A stretch of DNA of 64,000 nt from Podarcis tiliguerta. Lineage: Eukaryota. The position numbers and the translations under genes were made by a program. Below are positions 52,911-64,000 of this stretch, piece by piece. Where the stretch lies: assembly GCA_965153285.1 (NCBI GenBank), contig OZ229111.1. The stretch is one strand, 5' to 3'. The notes beneath the pieces are model-generated. The model ran no database searches, was not told the DNA's origin, and was given only the letters and a program-made list of their open reading frames with translations. How positions within the stretch are numbered: position 1 is the stretch's first letter; every line of letters begins with the position of its first letter.

Positions 52911-53046
52911 CAGTGATGGCCAAACTTGGCCCTCCAGCTCTTTTGGGACTGCAGTTCCCATCATCCCTGACCACTGGTCCTGTTAGCTAGGGATGATGTG
53001 AGTTGTAGTCCAAAAACAGCTGGAGGGCCAGGTTTGGCCATCACTG
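52911..53046. mobile_element. young palindromic hAT MITE, 136 bp
   Basis: TIR CAGTGATGGCCAAAC / GTTTGGCCATCACTG; near-complete self-complementarity; perfect 8-bp TSD AGCTAAGC at 52903-52910 and 53047-53054. Confidence 0.93.
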
Positions 53047-53832
53047 AGCTAAGCCCAGGATTGGTTTACTGCGTGATCCAAACCCAGGCTCTTTGCTTCT
53101 TAGCGATGAGTTGTAGTCAAGAACAAACCTTGGCTTGTGATTAAAGGGGACAGAGACTGATATAGAGCCAGGGTCCAGGTGCCACACTAAGTCAAACCTT
53201 GGCTTAGCTGCCATGCTGCTCTGAGCTAAAAGGACCAGGATGAACAAAGCGGCTACCTCCCTGGATGCCTGAATGCTCACATGGTTTGGTTTAGTATTAT
53301 ATGTGAATGCAACCCCTTTATCTCCCTTGGGGTGTGAAATAAAAAAGTGGATGATTCTTAAGTCGCATATAGTGCATTGTATTTCTTTGTCACACCACAC
53401 TGCACCACACCTTTGTGATTTCTGATCACAGAGAATGACTGCACACACAGGGTGCATTGAAAAGAAGTCTTGCAAAAAGGAGGAGGGAGATGGAGAACAG
53501 TCACAGTACTTCTCCCTCACCCCTGTGAAAAGTGAAAGTTTGGGGGAAAGGGCTTTCAAATGAAATACATCTGTGCAGGTGCTTATTGAGACTTAGTACC
53601 ACCACCCAAAAATATGATGATCAGTCATGGACACTCAAACTTCCTTCCCACAAATTCATTCCCAAACACCAAAGGTTAAATGCTAAAGAAAGGTGAGGAA
53701 GGGGGCTGGGGATGTAGTTCTGGAGGATAGAAGGCACTCCCACCAATAACAGTTATAATATAACATGTTTGTTGCACATAAAATAAATCTGAAAAATCCC
53801 AGAATAAAGTAGCAGAAGTAGTGGGATAACTA

Positions 53833-54195
53833 AAAAGTAAAGGTAAAGGTACCCCTGCCCGTACAGGCCAGTCTTGCCAGACTCTAGGGTTGTGCGCTCA
53901 TCTCACTCTATAGGCCGGGAGCCAGCGCTGTCCGCAGACACTTCCGGGTCACGTGGCCAGCGTGACAAACTGCATCTGGCGAGCCAGCGCAGCACACGGA
54001 ACGCCGTTTACCTTCCCGCTGGTAAGCGGTCCCTATTTATCTACTTGCACCCAGAGGTGCTTTCGAACTGCTAGGTTGGCAGGCGCTGGGACCGAACGAC
54101 GGGAGCGCACCCCGCCGCGGGGATTCGAACCACCGACCTTTCGATCGGCAAGTCCTAGGTGCTGGGGCTTTAACCCACAGCGCCACCCGCGTCCC
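53833..54195 (-). mobile_element. full-length Sauria (Squam1) SINE
   Basis: Minus strand starts GGGACGCGGGTGGCGCTGTGGG (A box) and has B box GGTTCGAATCCC and an (ACCTTT)n tail. Perfect 14-bp TSD TAGTGGGATAACTA at 53819-53832 and 54196-54209. CpG rich. Confidence 0.95.
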
Positions 54196-57064
54196 TAGTG
54201 GGATAACTACAAGTTGGTGAATGAGTCATGATTCATGAGAAAGCAAGAAGCATACTACCACCAAAATCCCCCACACTCCTAATGTGGACTGGGTCTAGGT
54301 TAGAGGGCAATTAGAATGTACAGTAGGTTGACTACATGGACTAATCCAGCAATTTCTCATTTTTGGCACTGTTTTATGGATTTGATGTCATTAGACCCTT
54401 CAACACCTCCAGTAACAGTAGAACACATTCACTTAGCCATTTGAAAGGTCTGGATTTCTTTAGCTCTTTTTTAATCAAAGACGGAGTTTGAAATGTCAGC
54501 TCATGCCAGGGCTTAGATATAATGAAACTAAGCCACACTGGAGCTGCCAAAATACATTTTAAAAGAATGTGCTAATCACACAAGAACAACTTCAACATCC
54601 CTCCCTTTCGTAGCGTGGGAAGAAGGGGGAAACGTGACTGCAGGGATTTGTAAGTTGATGACCAGAGCAGACCAGGTCTCAAAAGTTTTGAACCACAGAT
54701 ACAGTAGGTGAAAGAAGAAGGGGGGGGGGCGGAATGAACCTGGGGTAGGTGATGAGGAAAATGAGGAAATGATTGAAAGTGAAAGAGCACACTGCCAAGA
54801 GTTGTATAGATAATAAATACTTTCCTCTCTCCTTAAAATTTGAGAACTTGGGTTTATGTTTGGCCTGTTCACTGCACTGTTGTCTTGATACATGTGTAAG
54901 TAATTGCCAATTAATTCTCCAATCCAATTACGATTTTTGTTATAAAAATCCTGCTCAATGAACTACGTAAGAGAAAATGACAAGCAATGCCAATTGGAGA
55001 CTGTTTCTGAAGTTGGCTAACACGTTGGCCTTTCTAGATACCAGTAATAGATTAAAATGCAAGACCTGAGTTATTTTTGTGCACCATTGCTGAAAGTTCA
55101 TGCTATACTCTATGGAAGGGCAGGCAAGAACCAACAGAAAAATCTCTACGTGCTTCAGATACAGTTTTCTAGATAAAACTTAGCCCTTTTGTTGGTTTCC
55201 TCGCCACCACAGGAGGGGAAATGGCTTATTTTCTTAACCCACATGATTGCCTTTTAGTTTCTGATGTTGCATGCAAGTCAAATAACAAATTAGAAGTGAA
55301 TCTAATATGGGAGATGGAGCTAAAGATCAGCAAAAATGTCCTTAAACAAAAAGTGGGATGCTGCAGGAAAATTGAAACAATGGCAGCCTTCGACACTTCT
55401 GAAGTTACTGTACATGAACAAAAATAATTAGAGTAGTCATTTGTTTCAATTGAAATAAAGTACTTTAATATTTATAGTCTGTGCCAGAATTATAATGACT
55501 CTGGGGCTAGAAGTGAAGTGTCACAGCATGTTCCACATGTTTTTAACACTGTTTCTAAAAGCTCTAGAGGCTATTAAATTTAATGAACCCATCTGCTACG
55601 AAATAGAGGTCCAACATAATCAGTTTTCTCAGTGCCATATAATGCAGATGGCATTCCACAATCCACGTGCCGGGATAGTTTTGTTTTTTATGGTCTTCTT
55701 TAGGTGTGTGGGTATTTATATTTTTATTTTACTTTGTTTTGATGGTCTGAACATCTTTTATTGTCTGTGCTATTTTATTTTACAAATACAGTGTACCATG
55801 ATGCCTGCAATGCAAAGTTTAACTAATTAAAATAAATACTGCCATTTAATAACACCCTTTCCCCTCCGTAGCAGTTTTGACAACCAGCAATTAGCTCAAT
55901 GATATAATACTCTGCAGCTAATATAATCATTGAAAATTGCCCTAAGAACTTCCAGGTCTAGCACTAAGACAAAAGCAAACATGTAATTTATCAAATACAA
56001 AGGAGTTTGTTTCAAGAATCAAAGATTCTAGGTAAAAGACTAGATGTGCATAATGCAGTTTATTCATGATATTGTAAAATGTCTTAGAAATCAGGTGTCA
56101 ATGTGGAAATGGAACCATTAAGGGGCCATCTTGACATTAGCTTGTCCTTCTCATGTGCTCTCTTTTCAAGTGCTTTTATTTTATAAGGAGTGCTTTTACT
56201 GAGCCGAGCAACTCGACAGCTTCCTTAACCATTTGGAAGTCATCACAGCCCCTAGACTTTCACTGAAGCAGCATGTACATGCTTGTTCTTATTAACATCC
56301 AGCTGCTGAGGACAGGTCATCTTGGCTGCGCATCTACTGATTAAAAAAACATACCACTGCTCACTGCACTTTGAGCTCAAGTTCAGTCAAGATTGGAAGG
56401 GTTTCTGCCAATTTGTTTCTGCCAATTTGCTACTTTAGTTTTTGTGTGTGTGTCATGTAATGCAATGGGTGTCATGAGCAGTTCTATAGTTCACCTTTAA
56501 CAAAAGAGTCAGTAATGAAGCAAATATGGTACACTTGTTGAGAAAGCAGGATGTTTGGCTGCAAGAGCTAGAACTCTGGAGCTAGGTCAGTCTTGAAAAA
56601 TGTACATGGATATTTTTGGAAGTTTTTACAAAGGCTTATTCTTAACTTCAGAAGTTTGCCTTTCCCTATATTTGACTGGTTTGTCAGCAGCCACGCTAGA
56701 TGCTTCAGAGTCACCAGTTGGTACAGAATGCACGTATAAGAACTCTTATAGAAATCAGACTATCAGGGCATATTATACATATTCTGTTTCTGGGCCCAAT
56801 TTGAAGTGCTGGTTTTGTTTTTAAATGCTTTGGGCCAGATTGTCTGAACGCCCAGCTGCACGAGCCTGCCTAAACTCTTAAATCAGCTTCAATTCAGCAG
56901 CAATACCATAAAAATATGCCTTACCAATAGAAAAAAAACCATGAGTATGGAGCACTCCTACGTTTCTTGTTCTGTAGCTTTTAAACAGAACTTAGCACTG
57001 GCTAAGTTTTAGTTGTTTTCAGTCAAGTCAACACACAGCCAAATCTGATTGGTTAAATAATGTT

Positions 57065-57320
57065 TAAGCACCAGGCAAAACTTTTCTTTTCACCCAGGCA
57101 TTTGCCCTTAATTTAAAGGGCTTCAGGTATCTGTGGCAAGTTATATAAGACCTGTCATTTATCTCTATAGCTGTATTTATTGGGCTTTTATTGGTTTTGT
57201 TTGCTATAATTCATTTTTATACTATGTTTGTACATCGCTTTGGGTCACTTTTGTGAAGAAAGTGAACATTCCAACTCTACAGTTCTATGGTTCTATAAAA
57301 AAATAAACATTAAATAATAA
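57065..57320 (+). mobile_element. L2 3' tail fragment with an adjacent short CR1 tail
   Basis: CCAGGCAAAACTTTTCTTTTCACCCAGGCATTT (L2 end) and TTCCAACTCTACAGTTCTATGGTTCTAT (CR1 octamer tail, ~57269-57297). Confidence 0.55.
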
Positions 57321-58109
57321 AAGCAGCAATCATAAAAATCTTGAGAAATAGTTTCTACAATGATGGACATGTCATGACAGAGTTTTCATTTTTAGGAAGT
57401 AAGGTATCCACAGAGGTTACGTATATGGAGAACTATCCAGTGTTTGATAGTCAACTAGTCTTTTGTCATTCTACCTACAGCAAAAAATGTAAGGGGGAAA
57501 TAGTAGAAGTTCAAGTAAGAAATCTATGTCTGAAAAGAAAAGTACAAAAGGCTGATAGCAGATGCTACCACAAAGTATGGTGTTTAAAGCTATTTTGATT
57601 TTGTGAGATACTTGTAGAACAGGCACAAAATGAATTTCATTATTCCCTGCATAAATAACTGATTCACAAATACACTTCCTCCTCTCACCTTCTTATAAAT
57701 GTTTTTTACTATAATTTGCATTCACAGTAATTGCTAATATTTACTTGCCGTAGTCATGTAAGAGCATTTCAAACTAACTGTGAAATATTGCAATGGGCTT
57801 TCAGAGCAGCAATCCATAATGTGCACTAGAAATAAGAGACCCTGGGCTCCTTTTACTGTGCTGAAAATGCTAATTATATTCACTTATGATAATAGCTCAA
57901 TTAACAAAATGCCGTCTTTGGGAATATCATCTGGAAGGAAGAGAGTGCGAAATTACTTTGATTTCTTCCTAAAACCTGATAAGACATGGCTCTTTTATAT
58001 ATAATGCTGAAGAAAGGTGATTTGACATAAGCTCGTAAAATCTCTGCCTAAGTCTAAAAGGAGGAACTCCTGTCCTACTGGAGTTCATAGGGGCAAGCTG
58101 TGAGCCACC

Positions 58110-58273
58110 CAGTGGCATAGCGTGGGGGGTGCAGGGGGGCCGGCCGCACCGGGTGCAACATCTGGGGGGGGGCGCTCGCGCTCGCAGTGCTAAATCAGTG
58201 CTAAAATCCACGGGTTAGGGGGCGCAAATTACTTGCTTTGCCCCGGGTGCTGACAACCCACGCTACGCCACTG
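58110..58273. mobile_element. young hAT MITE, 164 bp
   Basis: TIR CAGTGGCATAGCGTGGG / CCCACGCTACGCCACTG; perfect 8-bp TSD GAGCCACC at 58102-58109 and 58274-58281; CpG rich. Confidence 0.93.
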
Positions 58274-59241
58274 GAGCCACCCTTACCAACACCATGATCT
58301 GAATTGAGCCAGAAACTGTTCTTCTCCTTGGTATAAAGAGGATCTATGGATGAAGTAGCAGGGGTGGCAAGACATCAGTGGCAATGACAAGTGGCAGAAA
58401 ATTCCCAACAAGCTTCAGCAAATATGGGCGAATATGGACTAGAGCTCATTTGAAGGTCTACCCAGGAGTAGCCAACACACTGCCTCCCACTGTTGCTGTT
58501 CTCCAACTCCCATCAGTCTCAGTCATCATGGCAGATGGTTAGAGATGATGGAAGCTATACTTCAACAGCATCTGGAGGGCACAGCATTCGATACCTCTAC
58601 TGCAAGTCATGGTCCCAGAATATAGTGTGCTGAAAACCCCACACTGGGCTACCCTCTAACATATTTCCAAGTGCTACCTACATTTGCCAAGTGTGCATTC
58701 ATTGAACCTGACAAGGAGACTTAGGACACAGGTGTACCCATTTAAAGAAGAGCTAACACACATTTAAAGCCCAGAGCTTCCTCCCTCCCCCCCAAAAAAG
58801 CATTATATGAATTGTAGTTCCTTAAGGATAGTGAGGGATATGTTCCTAGGATTCTGTTGTGGAAGCCCTATGCTTTGAATGTATAGCATGGATGTTTCCA
58901 AAGAGCACAAAAATGGCACGAGTTGTATATGCTCTTCCTTGGCTACCTCTGGGCTCCTCTACTGCAGTGGTGAATGATTTCTCCTAAAGCTGAGTGAACA
59001 ATTGTGCAAGGAGAACTTTCAACCACATTTGTAAAGGGAGGGCTAGAGCAAAAGGGGAAGAAGGGTGGTTTGATGGGGATAAGGAAAAGACATAGAAGCT
59101 GCCCATTCCCTCAAAACAACCCACGCATGTTGAGGAGTGAAAAGGCAAGACGGGTTTGTACTGAGTTCAATGGCTAGTTCTCTACCTATGGGTGAACGGA
59201 TTGTGTTCTTACCATAAAAATCCCTAATGCTAATCATTCCC

Positions 59242-59315
59242 TGGCGTGCCTGGCGTGCTCTGGTCCATGGGGTAACGAAGAGTCGGACACGACTAAACGA
59301 CTAAACAACAACAAC
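59242..59315 (+). mobile_element. extremely 5'-truncated Bov-B (RTE) LINE tail
   Basis: GCCTGGCGTGCTCTGGTCCATGGGGTAACGAAGAGTCGGACACGACTAAACGACTAAAC(AAC)n; 10-bp TSD AATCATTCCC at 59232-59241 and 59316-59325. Confidence 0.9.
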
Positions 59316-60220
59316 AATCATTCCCAGTGCTGAACTTTTCTTCTTTTTATTCACCCCCCCCCCATTGCCTACTTTTTGGTGTGTTCCACAGAGACCCCAA
59401 TATCTCTTTCCAGGGTACAGTCAATTTAAACCTGATCAATGTTTATGTGTACTTGGGATTTGTGGCACTTTGCAATTATTTGCACTGGATCTTATCAGCC
59501 ATTCTGTTGCCCAGTCACCCAGTTTAAAGGGATCCTTACGGAGCGGTTTAGAATCTGATTGGGATTTTATTATCCAGAACAATTTGTGTCATCTGCAAAC
59601 TAGGGAACCTCCTTGTTCACTCCGACTCCAGGTCATCCCCCTCCCCCGCCCCCAGCTGGAAATTGCAACTTTAGGTTTCCTGAGTCTTCGCTTTGCTGAA
59701 ATTAATCTTAGCCTTCAGGCTTGCAAACAGCTTTTGTAAATAATGGAAATATAGCTAATTCCACAATAATCCACTTGAAAACACATTGAAGCTGTATTAC
59801 AGTGATAATATGTTGATGTCAAGGTAGACCAATTTAGAGTCTTGGTCACAATCCAGTGCTATTGGATTTGTAGATTTTTTAAAAATATATATATGAATAC
59901 AAATATGCAGGAAATAAAGTGTAGCCTGGATTCAACCAGCCAGGTGCCCACACAGAAGCCAGCTCAAGGGCTCCCTCTAGCAATGGAACTTCCCTTCCTC
60001 CTCCTTCTGTATCCCACCCCCAAATATGTCTTGAGGTTTGGGAGAACCCCCAGAATAGTGTGGAGGGGACAAGAGGAGGACCATGCCATCTGGCAAGCAG
60101 AAATGCTTGTGCTGACAGAATGATTAGAAGAGAATGACATTGAACTCCTCCCAATAAATGGAGTTTGCCAAAGAAAGCAGTTTAATTGCACTGCAGTGCA
60201 ATGTTTATCAAACAAACCTA

Positions 60221-60780
60221 GGGCTGCCTCTGAAGATGGTTCGGAAACTTCAGCTGGTGCAGAATTTGGTGCCCAGGTTGCTCGCCGGGGCAAGACGGTT
60301 TGAGCATATTACACCAATCCTGGCCTGACTGCACTGGCTGCCAAATAGCTTCTAGGCCCAATTCAAAGAGCTGGTTTTGACCTAGAAAGCCTTGAACAGC
60401 TCAGGGCCACAATGCCTCAAGGACCACCTCTGCCTATATAAACCGATCTGGACTCTGCATTCATCATCTGAGGCCCTTCTTTGTGTGCCTCCTCCGTGAG
60501 AGGTCCAGAGGGTGGCAACACCAGAACAGGCCTTTTCTGTGGTGGCTCCCCACTTTGGAATGCTCTCCCCAGGGAAGTTCTTCCGGTGCCTTCATTATAC
60601 ACCAGGCAAAAACATTCCACTTCAACCAGGCCTTAATATTCTATGGGCTTTTAAATGTGTTTGTGGGAAGGGGGCATTATTATTTTATTTTTAACTATTT
60701 ATTTTGTGCTTTTATCCTGTATTTTTATTTTGTGGACCGCCCTGAGATCTTCGGGTGAAGGGCTGTATATTAAATACATA
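60221..60780 (+). mobile_element. L2 LINE 3' portion
   Basis: GLPLKMVRKLQLVQNLVPRLLAGARRFEHITPILA*LHWLP...FKELVLT*KALN...QAFSVVAP, followed by an L2-type 3' UTR. Confidence 0.92.
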
Positions 60781-60844
60781 CACATACATGCATATAGAAT
60801 TACACTAACAAACGGGAAAGCAAGCATGACAAAAACTGATTCTA

Positions 60845-61013
60845 ACATAGGAAGCTGTCTTTTAACAAGTCCGATCAGCAGTCCACCAACCTCAGCGTTG
60901 TCTACAATGACTGGGAGAATTTGCAGTCCTACCTGCAAGGACTAAACCTAGCTAGGGCTTTCAGCATATAGCATACAGCATACAGCTGAGCCTCTACCAC
61001 TGAGGTACAGCCC
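60845..61013 (-). mobile_element. decayed tRNA-head/CR1-tail SINE (Squam3-like); another fragment at ~62265-62400
   Basis: Plus strand ends CTCTACCACTGAGGTACAGCCC (reverse complement of a tRNA-like head) and begins CATAGGAAGCTG (reverse complement of a CR1-like tail). Confidence 0.5.
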
Positions 61014-61814
61014 TATCAGCAGTTTTGTGGGCAGTTACTAAGTGCTTTGGTTATAAAGTTCCAGTTAGCCTTCAACTGACAGATACTGCATCCATATGAT
61101 AAGATAGAAGAATCCAGGACAGCTGATGCGCACAGCAATTTCACACAACTAACCATTTGGCTCCCAGACACAAAATAACACTCTCAGGGCCTTAACTCAA
61201 GTGAGAGGTGCAATCAAAAGAACATTATCAGCTCTTTTCCTGCCCACACGAAGGCAAGCACTTATTGATGACCACACCAAATGTTGCTGTGAAAGACAGA
61301 TGATAAGCGAGGTCATCATAATTCCAATGTTACTTGAAGAAATCAGGTTTAAAGGTAGCTCAAGAGAGTATGGAAAATGGTATTGCAATTGGAGATGCTC
61401 AGATGTGACTAACATTACAAAAGAGGGAGACTTGCACAAAGACAAGACTGTATATATCACAAAGCTAATATCCTATATTGTGTAAGACCAGTTTGCATAA
61501 GTTGCACAAACAGCCCCTAATAGTATAGTTGATATAGTTGATTGATATGTTGGACTCACAGAAGGTAATGCTTCTATCATCAAAAATTCTCTTTATACCC
61601 AGGGAATGCAGCCAGTAAATATCAGTTGAATCTATATAGAAGCCAAAATGATAACCAGCTTAGAGTTCCCCACCAACCCACAACACCCTCCCCACTTCTC
61701 TTTGCTTGCTGCCAAGCTGGGAAGGGCAGTGGCAGAAAGTGAAAAGTGTGGAGGGCAGTATTTTCCCTCCCTCCCTCCCTCCCTCCCTCCCTCTCACACT
61801 TGGTGTCACCACAG

Positions 61815-61955
61815 GGGGCTGCCTTGACAGGGCCTTCTTGGTGATGGCTCCCTGTTTGTGGAATGCTCTTCCTGGAGCGATGTGCTTGTCTCCCTCATTA
61901 TTAACATTCAGGAGGAATATGAAAAGATCCCTTTTCACCCAGGGATTTGTTGGCT
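61815..61955 (+). mobile_element. L2 3' fragment
   Basis: DRAFLVMAPCLWNALP...SLLTFRRNMKRSLFTQGF matches the L2 C-terminal motif RAFS..AP.LWN.LP...F...LKT.LF..AF. Confidence 0.8.
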
Positions 61956-64000
61956 GAAAGATACTGTTTCCAGCAACCATTAACCATTATTAACTGTGAG
62001 AATACCTGAATGGTTTTAATGCTTTAGATGTTCTAGGTGTTGAGAGGTTATCCTGTGAGAAGGAGGAAGGGCTTTCAGGAAGTCTTTTGAGGATAGAGCG
62101 GAAGTAAAACAGGGATTCTTCCTTTGCTTGGATTATGATCCACAGCAGAGAAAGTGGAAGGTAGTGGACTTATGCTTTCAGGTGACTCATTAAGAAATTC
62201 TGAAATTTGTCTCCAAGCCAAGGTAAAGAAAAACTTGACTGGCAACACTAAGAAAAAGCTGCTTTTATAGTAGTTGAACTATTTGTCCACCTAGCCCAGT
62301 CTCATCTGCTTCAATGGGCAGCAGCCTGCTGGAGTTTCAAGTAGAGATCTTTCACGTTACCTGCTGCCTGTCGCGTTTAGCTGGAGGTGCTATGTAGTCT
62401 ATGCATACAAAAACCAAAATACAATTGTACTCCTGCACAATGCAAGTAGGTGGAATTTATTAATGCTTCTCCCTACTCTTGAGGAACTGTAAGATTCTCC
62501 TTTCTGCATCACCCACTTTAAAACTCTCTTATTAAGACAGAGGAAAGAAAATGGGCCTGTAGGGAAAGATTCCTTCTTATCAGGTCCTCACCATATGCCA
62601 GACAGTTGATCACGTGAGACTCAATAATAGACTTTACATAATGGGTCTAATTATCCTGTTATAATGTCTGAACAAATATCAACTAAAGATTTCTGCCAGG
62701 AAACTGCAATTAGCAATAGGGAACCAGAGCTATCAATTATTATCCCTTTAATATCCAAAAAGACAACACAAAAACCAGAGCCCACAAAAAAGAGGACTAG
62801 AGAATATGAGATCAAGATTGGAAATCCACAATTTAACACTGATTCAAACCAAGAAGCATATTAAAATCTATCCATTGTCATAGATTTGTCAGAATAACAC
62901 AGTTTAAAGTTGTACAGTTCCTTTAGCACAGCAATGAACGTGGATTGGTTTCCAGATAGAGGTAATATTAGTTCTCATATAAATTTGCACAAATCTCAAA
63001 TTTATTTATATGTTTAACATTTTCAAAAAGTGAGATTGAGCTCACCTGGTGAGATTTCTGAGATTTGTCTAGTTCTGGTGGAGGTTAAAAAACAGAAAAG
63101 AACTATAGAAAATCTGTACAGGCAATTAGAACAAATGTTAGATTCTACTCACACTAAGCTACAAGTGTGTGTGATAGCTATGTTTATAAAAAGAGATCCC
63201 ACCATATGTTATCCCTGTTTAGAAATGTATTGTTTCTAAAATAATTGCAAGTAAGTTCTACAAACAATCAAAATGATCTACTACTTACCATAAAAAACAC
63301 GTGAAAACGAAACAAACACAAAATAAAAGGTTATATTGTCATTGGAAAACAATACCAGTTCTAATATTTTCTACCAATCATGCTTATAGGTATACACTAA
63401 AAGGAGAAAGGGTATTTACTCAACTTCAACATGAAAGGCATCTCCCTTTTAAAAATGTAATAGTACATTCTTAAACATATTGTTCACATACTAAAAACTC
63501 CCAAGGCATTTCTGCAAGGTTTCCTGTTGGAATCCTGAGCATACCAGCTTCTATGTACACATATCTTCAGAATATGATTTCCAAACTCACCTTGAAGTTG
63601 TTTCCTCCTTTTTTTTTGGTTGGGATTTAACTGGAGATGCCCCCTCTCCATTCCACCCACCCCAACCTCAAATTAGGAGTGCACAATTTTGGATTAGATC
63701 TATCACATATCCACCAGATTCAGCTTAACATCTGCCACATTCATGAAAATGGTATGCAGAATTAGTTTATTGCGTGTAGGGTAAAATATGTAGATTAGGA
63801 GCCATTCACATACCTGGTATCCTTGTTAGTAATTAACAAGTTACCTACCTCTGCTTTATAGCATTGGAACTATAACCTTGTGACTTGACCTACTGGTATT
63901 GACTAGGGGTATGTGTCAGCAACGTGGGCACCCCAAATAACAAGAGGAATTGGAGTGATTCGGGTCCTGATCTCACATTCCTCAGGCCAGATTGCATCAT

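Noticed and set aside
53041-53559. 172-aa minus-strand ORF
   Set aside because: Non-ATG start, runs through repeat-derived sequence, no recognisable protein.
54110-54195. tRNA gene (A and B boxes)
   Set aside because: It is the tRNA-derived head of the Sauria SINE; no cloverleaf.
40356-64000. Upstream CACNA2D3 exon ending ...EAYIDST
   Set aside because: Not found in the window; the intron apparently exceeds 23.6 kb.
1-64000. CRISPR arrays, operons or prokaryotic defence systems
   Set aside because: Sequence is vertebrate intron/exon DNA; no regularly spaced repeat-spacer array or dense coding content.

Overview
Vertebrate genomic DNA from a squamate reptile. A Sauria/Squam1 SINE, a Bov-B tail and squamate-type CR1/L2/L1/Penelope remnants point to a lizard, probably lacertid (inference). 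The whole window lies inside one large minus-strand gene, CACNA2D3 (voltage-gated Ca2+ channel auxiliary subunit alpha2delta-3). Five short phase-0 coding exons with GT-AG boundaries were found by reading the reverse complement: 40338-40355 (18-nt microexon LPQAQK), 28411-28482, 27176-27256, 21746-21820 and 5941-6024. By recollection of the human gene structure these are exons 14-18. Spliced, they read [110 protein letters not shown]. The rest is intron containing LINE/SINE fragments, hAT and Tc1/mariner-type MITEs (several with intact target-site duplications) and microsatellites. None of the supplied ORFs is a credible stand-alone gene. The most unexplained structure is a ~350-bp direct repeat, one copy on each side of the microexon and 8168 bp apart, with a 99-bp core that is 96% identical while the adjacent flank is only ~73% identical. 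I see no well-supported new multi-gene system; the hunt items are hypotheses.
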